This document shows, in pieces, positions 9,533 through 18,408 of a stretch of DNA of 39,182 nt (its first letter is position 1; each line of letters starts with the position of its first letter). Location: the UHGV virus genome UHGV-0337819; one strand, 5' to 3'. The position numbers and the translations under genes are program-made. Under the pieces are notes generated by a model that made no database searches, was not told the DNA's origin, and saw only the letters and a list, made by a program, of their open reading frames with translations. The stretch comes from a virus.

Positions 9533-10441
9533 ATGGTTAAATGGCAAGCAACGCTAAGTACAACTGAACCTTACAATTACATTGGGATTCAGAATGTACG
9601 ACAAGGAAATCGAAACACAGAAGTCTTAGAAGCCATACTAGTTGAAAATGCTTTGCCACTTGATTTAACAGGTTGCGAAGTTTTTTTTGAATCGGTTATT
9701 GATAATAAATATCCGATTCAACGTTCAGCAAAAATTGTGAATGCCAAAAAAGGGATTATTCAGTATACCTTTGATGAATATTCTATGCAGTCGTTACACA
9801 GACAAGAAGCATATTTCAGTATTCATAAAGGTGATAACCTGATTGGTGCAACGCAAAACTTTTCTTACTTTGTAGTGAATGCTGCTTCGAAAACAGAAGG
9901 TGAAATGGGTTCTTATTGGCAGTCCATTGAAGATTTAATCGCGGACATGAACGCTTTTATCAATGAAAACAAAGGCGATTTCACAGCATGGATGAACGCT
10001 AGAAAAGAAGAGTTTGAAAAGTGGCGCAAAAATCAACAAGATACATTTGAAGCGTGGCGAAACGGTCAAGAATCAGATTATCTAAAATGGTTCGAATCAA
10101 TCAAAGATATTTTAAAAACTGTTGATCCAGGCGGAACAATGCTAGCCGAACTAATGGATGCACGTGTAGATATACAAGGAGTGCGCCACAATTCACTTTC
10201 AGAGCGTTTATTGGCTGATATGGATTATTTGTATCATCGGTTAGAGGAACGACTATACACCATCAAATACGGTAATATAAACACGCTAGAAATTTTAGAG
10301 GATAATTCATTTTCTAAGAATCATGAAGTTGAAGTGGTAGGAACAGTCAATTACCCAATTGAAGAAGGGGCACTAATTATAGCGACAGTTGATGATCCGA
10401 AACAAATTGTTTTTACGATTGAAGGTGTAGACAATGGTTGA
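9533..10441 (+). CDS. BppU-family baseplate upper protein
   Basis: 302 aa. N-terminus (MVKWQATLSTTEPYNYIGIQNVRQGNRNTEVLE...LDLTGCEVFF) resembles the BppU_N domain. Sits downstream of Tal. Confidence 0.5.
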   Translation: MVKWQATLSTTEPYNYIGIQNVRQGNRNTEVLEAILVENALPLDLTGCEVFFESVIDNKYPIQRSAKIVNAKKGIIQYTFDEYSMQSLHRQEAYFSIHKGDNLIGATQNFSYFVVNAASKTEGEMGSYWQSIEDLIADMNAFINENKGDFTAWMNARKEEFEKWRKNQQDTFEAWRNGQESDYLKWFESIKDILKTVDPGGTMLAELMDARVDIQGVRHNSLSERLLADMDYLYHRLEERLYTIKYGNINTLEILEDNSFSKNHEVEVVGTVNYPIEEGALIIATVDDPKQIVFTIEGVDNG

Positions 10442-10751
10442 TGCTAAAAGAATGATGGAAACTGATGAAAATGGTATTAAACGTCAGTTTTTTCCTATGA
10501 CACACGTATCGGCAATCCTTGGATTAACAGAGATAATGGCTGGTAATTCAAAAGTATCTTCAGTAAATGGACATACAGGCGCAGTAATTATTACGCGTGC
10601 AGACTTAGATTTACCTATCGATGGGATTATGATTTCGAAACAGGAGTATGACAAAATTTTAAAAATCATAGCTGATTATGAAGCTGGAAAACTAGGTGGT
10701 TCTGGTGTTGAGTTTGAAAAAGTAAAAGGAGATGAAGAAATAAATGCCTGA
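10434..10751 (+). CDS. small tail-fibre-associated protein (paralog 1)
   Basis: 105 aa. Shares the motif SSVNGHTGAVIITRADLDLP with the next ORF. Overlaps the upstream gene. Confidence 0.35.
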   Translation: MVDAKRMMETDENGIKRQFFPMTHVSAILGLTEIMAGNSKVSSVNGHTGAVIITRADLDLPIDGIMISKQEYDKILKIIADYEAGKLGGSGVEFEKVKGDEEINA

Positions 10752-11061
10752 TTTATATGTAGTGAAAAAAGACGGCGTAGCTATTGATGTACAAACTAGT
10801 ACAGCTGGCGTTGTTGGATTAAATGAATTTGTTGATGGAAAAATTAGTGGTGCTGAGGCAGGCACTGTCTCGTCTGTAAATGGTCATACAGGTGAAGTTA
10901 TTTTAACTGCTTCTGATGTAAAAGCACTGCCAGACACAACTGTTATTCCAACGCTTCCTAGCAATGCCACTTCTGAAAAAGACGGTTTAATGTCTAAAAC
11001 GGATAAAGCAAAATTGGATGCATTACCAGTTTTTACATTTGAAAAGGTAGGTGAAGCGTAA
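10744..11061 (+). CDS. small tail-fibre-associated protein (paralog 2)
   Basis: 105 aa, same length as the preceding ORF. Shares SSVNGHTGEVILTASDVKALPD with it. This is a tandem paralog pair. Confidence 0.35.
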   Translation: MPDLYVVKKDGVAIDVQTSTAGVVGLNEFVDGKISGAEAGTVSSVNGHTGEVILTASDVKALPDTTVIPTLPSNATSEKDGLMSKTDKAKLDALPVFTFEKVGEA

Positions 11062-11624
11062 TGGCAGATATCGTTCAGCTAAAAGAAAATGGTGTTGTAA
11101 AGTATATGAAAACACATGCAGATGCTATTGACGGCGTGGAAGGAAAATTAGTGAAAGCTGTAGGTAATGAGACGGTGTTAGGTACTAAAAATTTTCAAGA
11201 TGGCGTCCAAATAGGAGGAAAGGTAGTCACTGCTGATAGAATTTGGCGGACTGCTTATGAAAATTGGGGCGAGGGATTTTATTGTGCTGCTTCCGAAAAT
11301 CGCGATCTTGGTGAATTCTCTAAAATCAGTCAAGTTATTCTATTGATTGGTCGATATACTGGCGCAGGAAACGATGAACGGTATGCCTATTCTGAACATA
11401 GTTTTAATTTTCCCCAAACTCGTTTAGGTACTTTCTTTTACCAACCGTTAATTTCTTATGATGGTGGTTCAGCAGCATCTTCTATTCCTGAAGTAGCTCT
11501 AAAGAAAATTAAATTTGCAAATGTTAGTGGTCGTTTGATGTTACAAGGAGACGACTATAATTCAACAAATAGTCGTTCAAAAGGATATACCGTTAAAGCA
11601 GTTTACGTTTTAGAAAAAGCATAA
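11061..11624 (+). CDS. putative receptor-binding / tail fibre distal protein
   Basis: 187 aa. ATG overlaps the upstream stop. Call is from position in the baseplate/fibre block only. Confidence 0.3.
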   Translation: MADIVQLKENGVVKYMKTHADAIDGVEGKLVKAVGNETVLGTKNFQDGVQIGGKVVTADRIWRTAYENWGEGFYCAASENRDLGEFSKISQVILLIGRYTGAGNDERYAYSEHSFNFPQTRLGTFFYQPLISYDGGSAASSIPEVALKKIKFANVSGRLMLQGDDYNSTNSRSKGYTVKAVYVLEKA

Positions 11625-11639
11625 TTGGAGATGACATAG

Positions 11640-12014
11640 ATGAAAACAATTTATAAAGTTTTATATCCAGTAGGGTTTGAAGCCCAAGAAGTTAACGACA
11701 CATATTCGGTAGTTTTACCATTTGTTGATGAACAACCGCTAGAAGGGTTAGCCAATGAGCAGTCACAATTTTTTAACTTTGAAGAAAGTAAGTGGGAAGA
11801 AGCTGTAACACAAGATTATTCCAAAAAATTGAGTTTGTTGGAAAATCTATCTGCTAGTTTACAAGTAGACAATTCGGCTTTAAAACAAGCAAATGAAAAA
11901 CTAGCTGCTAAAGCAGAATCATTAGCTCAAATCAATTCAAAGACTATGCTTACTTCGCTTCAAAATTCAAAAGAAATTGATGCGATTAAAGAACAAATCG
12001 GAGGTGCAAAATAA
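11640..12014 (+). CDS. hypothetical protein with C-terminal coiled coil (XkdW-like position)
   Basis: 124 aa; lies between the fibre genes and the XkdX-like ORF. Heptad-rich C-terminus. Confidence 0.3.
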   Translation: MKTIYKVLYPVGFEAQEVNDTYSVVLPFVDEQPLEGLANEQSQFFNFEESKWEEAVTQDYSKKLSLLENLSASLQVDNSALKQANEKLAAKAESLAQINSKTMLTSLQNSKEIDAIKEQIGGAK

Positions 12015-12151
12015 TGTATTCATACGATGACATTAAGCTAATGTTTGACTGGGGGCTGTTTACTCCTGAACAGGTCGCAGAATTTGTACCTAGCTGTATT
12101 ACAGAAGAGGAATTCACTAAAATGACAGGAAAACCGTTTAGCAAAAGCTAA
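12014..12151 (+). CDS. XkdX-family small phage protein
   Basis: 45-aa ORF absent from the supplied track (too short). Sequence MYSYDDIKLMFDWGLFTPEQVAEFVPSCITEEEFTKMTGKPFSKS. Its W-G...V..FV....IT.EE..KITG pattern, its size and its position before the holin match the XkdX family. TAATG overlap with the upstream stop. Confidence 0.5.
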   Translation: MYSYDDIKLMFDWGLFTPEQVAEFVPSCITEEEFTKMTGKPFSKS

Positions 12152-12184
12152 GCGGTTTTATTGTAAGTAGAAAGTAGGTGCAGG

Positions 12185-12406
12185 ATGAACTTAACACTAG
12201 AACAATGGTTAGCGCTGATTACATTTTTAGGCGGAATTATCTTCGCCTTAATGAAATTCTATCATGTCTTCTCTCAATTAGAGGATAGCATGAAAGAACT
12301 AAAACAAGCTGTTGACCGATTAAATAATCATGAAGTGCGCATTAGTCGATTGGAAGAACAAAATAAAACCCTCTTTCGGGGAATTGGAGGAAATAAAAAT
12401 GATTAA
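12185..12406 (+). CDS. small membrane/coiled-coil protein preceding the holin (XhlA-like or holin-associated)
   Basis: 73 aa. One N-terminal TM segment (WLALITFLGGIIFALMKF) then a coiled coil. Overlaps the holin start. Confidence 0.35.
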   Translation: MNLTLEQWLALITFLGGIIFALMKFYHVFSQLEDSMKELKQAVDRLNNHEVRISRLEEQNKTLFRGIGGNKND

Positions 12407-12632
12407 TTGGAAATCAAGAATAAAGAACAAACAATTTTGGCTTTCGATTATTCCAGCAGTTCTATTATTAATTCAAGTAGTAGCAGTTCCTTTTGGATAT
12501 AAATTTCAAATTGAAATGATTAATAAGCAACTGTTAGATGTTGTTAATGCATTATTTGTTGTGCTAACTATTCTAGGTATTGTGACAGATCCCACAACAC
12601 CTGGATTATCAGATAGGAAAGGAGATAAATAA
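12399..12632 (+). CDS. holin, phage phi-LC3 family
   Basis: GGAGG RBS at 12386-12390 upstream of the ATG at 12399. MINWKSRIKNKQFWLSIIPAVLLLIQ...VTDPTTPGLSDR matches the phi-LC3/TP901 holin signature (MINWK...DPTTxG). The supplied ORF starts at 12330 in the same frame. Confidence 0.7.
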   Translation: MINWKSRIKNKQFWLSIIPAVLLLIQVVAVPFGYKFQIEMINKQLLDVVNALFVVLTILGIVTDPTTPGLSDRKGDK

Positions 12633-13874
12633 ATGAAAAAGAAACTATTGGCAACGTTACTGGTAGTCTTATTTTTTGTATCACCAATTAGCACATTTGC
12701 TGCAAAAGGAGACCAAGGCGTTGATTTGTCTATTTGGAATGGGTATCAAGCAACATTTGGTTATGCACATGATAAATTCTCAATTTCACAAATTGGTGGG
12801 CAAAACAACTATGGGATTTATGATCAAGTTACTTATTCTAGTCAAGTAGCTAGTACGATTGCTCAAGGTAAACGAGCACATACGTATGTATGGTGGCAAA
12901 ATGTCCTTACCTACGAAAATGCAAAGCAAGTATTAGATTATTTTTTACCTAAAGTTCAAACACCAAAGGGATCAATTGTCGCCTTAGATGCGGAAGACGG
13001 CGTTCAATCAACGGATGTGACTCTATGGGCGTTAGACTATATCAAAGAGGCTGGATATACACCGATGCTTTACGGATACAAAGGGTATCTTACTTCAGCT
13101 TATGATCTATCACGAATTGCAAAGAAGTATCAATTATGGATGGCAGAATATCCAGATTATGAAGTGACACCTTATCCAAATTACAATTATTTTCCTTCAT
13201 TTGAAAATATCGGTATTTTTCAGTTCACGTCAACCTACGTTGCAGGAGGGCTAGATGGTAACGTTGATTTAACAGGTATTACTGATAATGGTTATACAAA
13301 AAATAACCAACCAGAAACAAACACACCAGCTATTGAAGAAGGTAAAGAAGTTGAAAAAACACCTACTTCTGCAGTAAAAGTCGGTGACACGGTCAAAGTG
13401 AAATTTAATGTAGATGCTTGGGCAACAGGCGAAGCTATTCCAGATTGGGTAAAAGGAAACAGCTATAAAGTGCAAGAAGTAACTGGAAGCAGAGTATTGC
13501 TTGAAGGTATCTTGTCATGGATCAGCAAAGGTGATATTGAATTATTGCCAGATGCGGCAACTGTTCCTGATAAACAACCAGAAGCGACTCATGTGGTACA
13601 ATACGGCGAAACATTATCAAGCATTGCTTATCAATACGGAACAAACTATCAAACATTGGCTGCATTAAATGGATTGACAAATCCAAATCTTATTTACCCT
13701 GGTCAAGTTTTGAAAGTCAATGGATCGGCAACAAGTAATGTCTACACGGTTAAATACGGCGATAATTTATCTAGTATTGCAGCCAAACTTGGCACTAATT
13801 ATCAAGCCTTAGCTACATTAAACGGATTAGCAAATCCTAACTTGATTTATCCTGGTCAAACATTGAATTATTAA
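12633..13874 (+). CDS. endolysin: GH25 muramidase with N-terminal signal peptide and two C-terminal LysM repeats
   Basis: 413 aa. N-terminus MKKKLLATLLVVLFFVSPISTFAAKG looks like a signal peptide. GVDLSIWNG begins the GH25 domain. Two LysM repeats follow (VVQYGETLSSIAYQYGTNYQTLAALNGL... and YTVKYGDNLSSIAAKLGTNYQALATLNGL...). Confidence 0.85.
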   Translation: MKKKLLATLLVVLFFVSPISTFAAKGDQGVDLSIWNGYQATFGYAHDKFSISQIGGQNNYGIYDQVTYSSQVASTIAQGKRAHTYVWWQNVLTYENAKQVLDYFLPKVQTPKGSIVALDAEDGVQSTDVTLWALDYIKEAGYTPMLYGYKGYLTSAYDLSRIAKKYQLWMAEYPDYEVTPYPNYNYFPSFENIGIFQFTSTYVAGGLDGNVDLTGITDNGYTKNNQPETNTPAIEEGKEVEKTPTSAVKVGDTVKVKFNVDAWATGEAIPDWVKGNSYKVQEVTGSRVLLEGILSWISKGDIELLPDAATVPDKQPEATHVVQYGETLSSIAYQYGTNYQTLAALNGLTNPNLIYPGQVLKVNGSATSNVYTVKYGDNLSSIAAKLGTNYQALATLNGLANPNLIYPGQTLNY

Positions 13875-13884
13875 GAAATAAGCA

Positions 13885-13921
13885 AATTCCTACTTCTCAT
13901 TACTAGAGGTAGGAATTTTTT
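13885..13921 (+). terminator. rho-independent terminator after the lysis cassette
   Basis: AATTCCTAC (13885-13893) and GTAGGAATT (13909-13917) form a 9-bp perfect inverted repeat, followed by TTTT. Confidence 0.6.
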
Positions 13922-13924
13922 CAA

Positions 13925-14205
13925 CGGTAAATTATGTTGAGATTTTTTTATTCTTATAGGTAAAAATGACCATACTTTGACCATACACTATAAGAAAATA
14001 TAGAAACTATCAGAACATAGGATTTAATACAAATCCCTATTTTATAAGTGTTGAAGAAAATTAGGGATTGTTAGAAAAATTAAATTTTAAAGTATCAGTT
14101 TATCCAGTAGCTAACTAGTGTAATAGCTCAAGCCTTTGTTTATCAAAGGTTTGGGCTTTTTTTGTTGGTTTGAAAAATATTTGACCATACTTTTGACCAT
14201 ACTAG
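13925..14205. other. attP-like region with integrase arm-type direct repeats
   Basis: TGACCATAC occurs at 13967-13975 and 13978-13986; TTGACCATAC occurs at 14181-14190 and 14194-14203. These are two tandem pairs about 215 bp apart. They flank the inverted repeat AATCCCTA...TAGGGATT (about 14033-14070) and a hairpin plus T-run at 14130-14163. The region lies immediately upstream of the integrase stop. Confidence 0.5.
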
Positions 14206-15360
14206 TTAAAAGCCGATGTATTTTGATAGTTTTTCGGTAGTTTTTTCTTTTCCATCATTTGTTAGATGTGTATAAGTATCTAAAGTTGTTTTTATGTTTG
14301 CATGTCCTAATCGTTCCTGAACTTCTTTATGATCTGCACCAGCATAGTATAATAAAGATGCATGCGTGTGTCTAAATCCGTGAAGCCCAATGTTTGGTAA
14401 GTTAGCCTTTTTACGATAAATATTATATCTATCTGTAATAGCTTGATTTATTGTAAATTCATTTTCTTCATTGGTGAAAATACGTGAGGGTTGTGTATAA
14501 CCAAGTTTAAGAAGATATTTTTTTTGCTCTAATTTCCATTTTTTTAAGATAGTTATTGTTTTTGCATCTAATATTAGTGTTCTGTTTGATTTTTTTGTTT
14601 TTGGAGTATTTGATACATAATAATGGTCAGATTTAGCAATTGTTTTGTTGATTTGTAGTTCACCAGTTTTAATGTTTAAATCGTCCCAAGTAAGAGCTAA
14701 CAACTCCCCTATCCTACATCCACTAAAAGCTAATAATCTGAATAATGTATAATCTCTTATTGTAATGTAGGTACTTTCGCTTTGTTCAATACTTTTTAAA
14801 AATATTTGAAGTTGATCTTTTGTATAAAATTTAATTTTCTTTTCTGATGTAATAATATCTTGATTTTTAGGAACTATTACATTAATCACTGGGTTTTGAT
14901 TGGTAACCCCTATGTTAATAGCGAATTTGAAGACTTGATTCATATAATTTATAAAAAGGGGATATTGTTTTGAACTACCTTTTGAATGCCATGTATTCAC
15001 GATTTTCTGACAATAAGCAGTTGAAATTTTTGATATTTCAATTTTTCCAAATGAAGGTAGTATGTGTTTTCTGAAGATTATTTCTGTTCGAGAGTAGCTA
15101 CTTTCTTTTACGGTATTTTTATAATTTTCTAGCCACATAAATGCTACTTCTTGGAATGTTATATTAGTGGAAGAGGGAATGCCATTTTTTTGAATTTCCA
15201 TTTCTAACCTTGCTAATGCAATTTTAGCCTCTTTTTGAGTGCGAAATCCTCTCTTAGTTGTATACTTCTTTTTTCCAGTTAGCGGATCGGTACCAAGATA
15301 TGTTTTGAAGTACCATGCTTTTTCACCATTTTTCTTTTGATATTGTTTTATCATTGCCAT
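14206..15360 (-). CDS. int: tyrosine-type site-specific integrase
   Basis: 384 aa. C-terminal catalytic region HGFRHTHASLL...HANIKTTLDTYTHL carries the R...HxxR...Y signature of tyrosine recombinases. N-terminal SAM-like arm-binding domain. Confidence 0.9.
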   Translation of the reverse strand: MAMIKQYQKKNGEKAWYFKTYLGTDPLTGKKKYTTKRGFRTQKEAKIALARLEMEIQKNGIPSSTNITFQEVAFMWLENYKNTVKESSYSRTEIIFRKHILPSFGKIEISKISTAYCQKIVNTWHSKGSSKQYPLFINYMNQVFKFAINIGVTNQNPVINVIVPKNQDIITSEKKIKFYTKDQLQIFLKSIEQSESTYITIRDYTLFRLLAFSGCRIGELLALTWDDLNIKTGELQINKTIAKSDHYYVSNTPKTKKSNRTLILDAKTITILKKWKLEQKKYLLKLGYTQPSRIFTNEENEFTINQAITDRYNIYRKKANLPNIGLHGFRHTHASLLYYAGADHKEVQERLGHANIKTTLDTYTHLTNDGKEKTTEKLSKYIGF

Positions 15361-15428
15361 TTAGAAAACCTCTTTCCAAGAACGTACGTTCGTTTTTATT
15401 TTTTTAAGAAAAGCCCGGAGGCTTTTCT

Positions 15429-15896
15429 TTACTCATTTAAATGTTGTATTGCATAGTCAGCTTCTTCTTGCGTGAATTTTTCTCCATATTCAGATGTCAG
15501 TTGATCTTTTATTGCATCAGGAGACATAGACATATCTTCTTGATAACTTTTTGCTTTTGCAAGGGCATTTTCATTATAATCTGCATTTAAATTATCAACT
15601 GCATATTGTGCTGCCTCGGCAGAGAATTTCTCTCCATGTTCTGATGTTAATTGATCATAAATTCCTGCTTTAGACATATGCATAGTATCAGAATATAATT
15701 TAGCTTTGTTTAGTGCAGATTTGTATTCTTGGGGTGTATTGTCTTTTGAATTGCTTTCTGTTTTTGCGTTATTTGAAGTGGAATCACTTCCAGAGCTCCC
15801 AGCACCTAGAAAAGCAAAACCTAAAATACATAAAATAATAAATCCAACAAAAACTCCAAAACAACCAAACATACCTTTCCCAAAACTTTTTAACAT
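15429..15896 (-). CDS. Ltp-like surface lipoprotein/membrane protein, putative superinfection exclusion
   Basis: Start chosen at the ATG (complement of 15894-15896), which has an AAGGAGG RBS 6 nt upstream; the supplied ORF extends to 15995. N-terminal TM segment, then two tandem copies of the ~45-aa repeat (SEHGEKFSAEAAQYAVDNLNADYNENALAKAK / SEYGEKFTQEEADYAIQHLNE) typical of the Ltp/host surface-exposed lipoprotein family. Confidence 0.55.
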   Translation of the reverse strand: MLKSFGKGMFGCFGVFVGFIILCILGFAFLGAGSSGSDSTSNNAKTESNSKDNTPQEYKSALNKAKLYSDTMHMSKAGIYDQLTSEHGEKFSAEAAQYAVDNLNADYNENALAKAKSYQEDMSMSPDAIKDQLTSEYGEKFTQEEADYAIQHLNE

Positions 15897-15940
15897 AAAA
15901 ATCCTCCTTGTTGACATTAAATATATTTTATATAAAAACC

Positions 15941-15975
15941 ACCTAGCCAAATTGGTCAGGTGGTTCTTTTCTAAT
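15941..15975. terminator. near-palindromic hairpin CCACCTAGCC-AAATT-GGTCAGGTGG with flanking T-run (terminator and/or operator)
   Basis: 25-bp imperfect palindrome. On the - strand it reads as a hairpin followed by TTTTTAT, downstream of the ImmA gene. Confidence 0.35.
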
Positions 15976-16081
15976 TTATAAAACCACTTTTCCAACGACT
16001 CTAAATTCGTGTTTATGTGTTATTTTAAATGATAGGTTTGTTGTCTGAATATAGAAGATATTTTTTTATTATTAAATCTAA

Positions 16082-16513
16082 TTACAAATATCTTCTTAGT
16101 TCAGGAGGTAAACCTAGATAATCCATTATTTGAAATTCAGTTAAATTTTCTAAAATATCTCGGTCTTGCATATATATGAGCAACTTCATAGCCAAAGAAT
16201 TTGCTTCACATTCCATTTTTGATATAAAAGAATCTAAGCCAAGAGATCTATAAAAAGGTGTACTTGAACCGCTGTGTAATTTGATGTGACTAAATTCATG
16301 TAGTATCACAAACTGTTGATAATATTCAGGCCAGTTTGCATTTACAATAATTGTATGGCAACGATTATTGGTTTGAGTACAACCTCCTGTTTCATCATCT
16401 AAATCAGCATATAGTAATTTACAATTCGCTTCTTTTATTAATTGATAAACGCTGTACGGATGATACAAATTAATTATTTTGTTAAATGTTTCTTCTACAT
16501 AATAATTCATCAT
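16082..16513 (-). CDS. ImmA/IrrE-family zinc metallopeptidase
   Basis: 143 aa with the HEXXH motif VILHEFSHIKLH. Sits directly downstream of, and co-oriented with, the XRE repressor, the typical ImmR/ImmA pairing. Confidence 0.75.
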   Translation of the reverse strand: MMNYYVEETFNKIINLYHPYSVYQLIKEANCKLLYADLDDETGGCTQTNNRCHTIIVNANWPEYYQQFVILHEFSHIKLHSGSSTPFYRSLGLDSFISKMECEANSLAMKLLIYMQDRDILENLTEFQIMDYLGLPPELRRYL

Positions 16514-16527
16514 ATCCCCCCGCTAAA

Positions 16528-16941
16528 TCAATTTCTATAATCCTTGCGAGTGAATTTTTTCTTTGCTTCTTCTTTATTCATTTCCATTGCAGTACGTATA
16601 GCAATTAAAAGACGGTCTTTTTGATCTTGTGTAGCTGGTTCACCATAGAAATTGAGATTTTCACCGTTAGTTAGTCCCTCAATTAATTCTTCAGCTTGGA
16701 TAGCTATATCTTTTTTTTCTTTGCCATTTAGTTCGTAATATTTTTTCTTTTCGGTACGACCAAGTAAATAGTCGGTTGAGACGTCAAAAAAATCTGCAAC
16801 TTTTTGTAATTTGTCTGATTGAGGACTTGTTTTATCCCAACGATATAAAGAATTTTCCCCTATACCTAATTTAATAGAAAGTTCTTTAATTGTAATATCC
16901 CTTTGTTTAGCAAGTAATTTTATTCTTTCTAAAGTATTCAT
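16528..16941 (-). CDS. XRE-family HTH repressor (CI-like)
   Basis: Start at MNTLERIK (complement of 16939-16941), with RBS AAAGGTGA upstream; the supplied ORF starts 14 codons earlier. HTH motif ITIKELSIKLGIGENSLYRWDK. Divergent from the cro-like gene. Confidence 0.75.
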   Translation of the reverse strand: MNTLERIKLLAKQRDITIKELSIKLGIGENSLYRWDKTSPQSDKLQKVADFFDVSTDYLLGRTEKKKYYELNGKEKKDIAIQAEELIEGLTNGENLNFYGEPATQDQKDRLLIAIRTAMEMNKEEAKKKFTRKDYRN

Positions 16942-16996
16942 ATAATCACCTTTCAGAGAAAAAAGCATACTAAATAAAAACATCTACCAAAAATGG

Positions 16997-17025
16997 TTGA
17001 CATCTACCGAATTAGATAGTATACT
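16997..17025 (+). promoter_or_regulatory. sigma-70-type early promoter (TTGACA, 17 bp, TATACT) with overlapping operator palindrome, in the lysogeny/lytic switch region
   Basis: TTGACA at 16997-17002 and TATACT at 17020-17025, with an exact 17-bp spacer. The spacer contains the palindrome ATCTAccgaatTAGAT. CATCTACC is directly repeated at 16981-16988 and 17001-17008. A possible divergent promoter sits around 17130-17160 (TTGACA on the - strand). Confidence 0.5.
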
Positions 17026-17167
17026 GATTTCAGATATAAGAAATGAGCAAAAAAATACTAATAAAAATAGTATAAAATCTTGGCGGATTTATTATGCTTA
17101 TTTCTTTGTGTTTATAGTATCATATCTGGTAGTTTTGTCAACTATTTTATCATAAAAGATTGGAGGT

Positions 17168-17383
17168 GTGATTATGTCAGTTTCTATTGTGGCAAATATA
17201 AAGAAAATTGCATTAGAGAAAAATTTAACTATTAAACAAATTGGAAAAGAATCAGGTGTAGGAGAAAATGCGATTTATAGATGGGATAAACAAAACCCTA
17301 ATTTATCAAGTTTAAAAAAGGTTTCTAATTATTTAAATATTTCTATCGATGAATTACTAGAAAGCAAAAAACAGGAGGTGTAA
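17168..17383 (+). CDS. Cro-like XRE-family HTH regulator
   Basis: 71 aa with HTH LTIKQIGKESGVGENAIYRWDK. Divergent from the repressor. RBS GGAGGTG lies upstream. Confidence 0.7.
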   Translation: MIMSVSIVANIKKIALEKNLTIKQIGKESGVGENAIYRWDKQNPNLSSLKKVSNYLNISIDELLESKKQEV

Positions 17384-17386
17384 CTT

Positions 17387-17671
17387 ATGCAGCTAAACAT
17401 TCCTGATGAAATTGTTCAAAACGAATTAGCAAATAACATTACTTTCATAGTATTAAAAGAAATTGAAAATCGTTTGAATTTATTGACTAAAACCATTGAA
17501 TTACCGCCATATCCTAACAAATCGCAAGTAAGAAAGATTTTAGAGATTGGCGATGAAAAATTGAATAATTGGATTTCAAAAGGTTTAAAAATTCAACAAT
17601 GGAGTAATCAGGATATTCGGATTGAACGATCTGAATTACAAAGATTTCTAAAAGAAACTTTTGAAATTTAA
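17387..17671 (+). CDS. hypothetical early protein
   Basis: 94 aa; follows the cro-like gene after a 3-bp gap; no motif recognised. Confidence 0.3.
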   Translation: MQLNIPDEIVQNELANNITFIVLKEIENRLNLLTKTIELPPYPNKSQVRKILEIGDEKLNNWISKGLKIQQWSNQDIRIERSELQRFLKETFEI

Positions 17672-17685
17672 AGGAGGAAAAGAAG

Positions 17686-18408
17686 ATGGAAAATCTAGTA
17701 ATTACGAAAAACCAACAAGCAGTAACAACTAGTTTACAAGTCGCAGCAACGTTTAATAAAAATCATCGTGATGTTTTAGCAGCGATTGATGATTTAAAAG
17801 AGGGGGTTGCGGAAAATTACGCAGACCTATTTTACGAAGATAGCTATATTCATCCACAAAACAAACAAAAATATAGACAAATCATTATGAACCGTGACGG
17901 ATTCACGTTACTAGCAATGGGATTCACTGGTCAAAAAGCTCTTAAGTTTAAACTGAAATATATTGAAGCATTTAACCAAATGGAGGAACTGCTTAAAACT
18001 CAATCAAACTTAACGATTAATAACACAGAATTGTTATTAGAAGCTGCGTTAAAACATGAACGTGGATTGACTCTTGTAAATCAACGTTTAGATAAGCTAG
18101 AAACAGAAACAACAATTAATAGAAGCCAACAACGAAAGATACAAGGACTAGTTTCATCAACTGTTATCAAAGTATTAGGTGGCAAAAAAACAGTGGCTTA
18201 TCGGGATTCAAGTATTAAGCAATCAGCATTTAGTAATTGCTATAAACAATTGAAAGCATTATTCGATGTAGCCTCTTATGTAGATATTCCAAAAGTTCGA
18301 TATGAAGAAGCATTAACTCTAATTCCTAAATGGAAGCCTGACTTGGAATTACAAGCAAGAATTGATATGGCTAATGGAAACGGAGATATGTTTAAAGAAG
18401 TGAGCTAG
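17686..18408 (+). CDS. Rha-family phage regulatory protein / antirepressor
   Basis: 240 aa. N-terminus MENLVITKNQQAVTTSLQVAATFNKNHRDVLAAIDDL matches the Rha N-terminal domain. RBS AGGAGGA lies upstream. Confidence 0.65.
   Translation: MENLVITKNQQAVTTSLQVAATFNKNHRDVLAAIDDLKEGVAENYADLFYEDSYIHPQNKQKYRQIIMNRDGFTLLAMGFTGQKALKFKLKYIEAFNQMEELLKTQSNLTINNTELLLEAALKHERGLTLVNQRLDKLETETTINRSQQRKIQGLVSSTVIKVLGGKKTVAYRDSSIKQSAFSNCYKQLKALFDVASYVDIPKVRYEEALTLIPKWKPDLELQARIDMANGNGDMFKEVS

Noticed and set aside
12506-13475. Minus-strand ORFs 12506-12694 and 13269-13475
   Set aside because: They are antisense to the holin and endolysin genes, which are confidently assigned.
15706-15981. Plus-strand ORF 15706-15981 overlapping the Ltp-like gene
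   Set aside because: It is antisense to a gene with a clear RBS and a family-specific tandem repeat domain, and has no RBS of its own.
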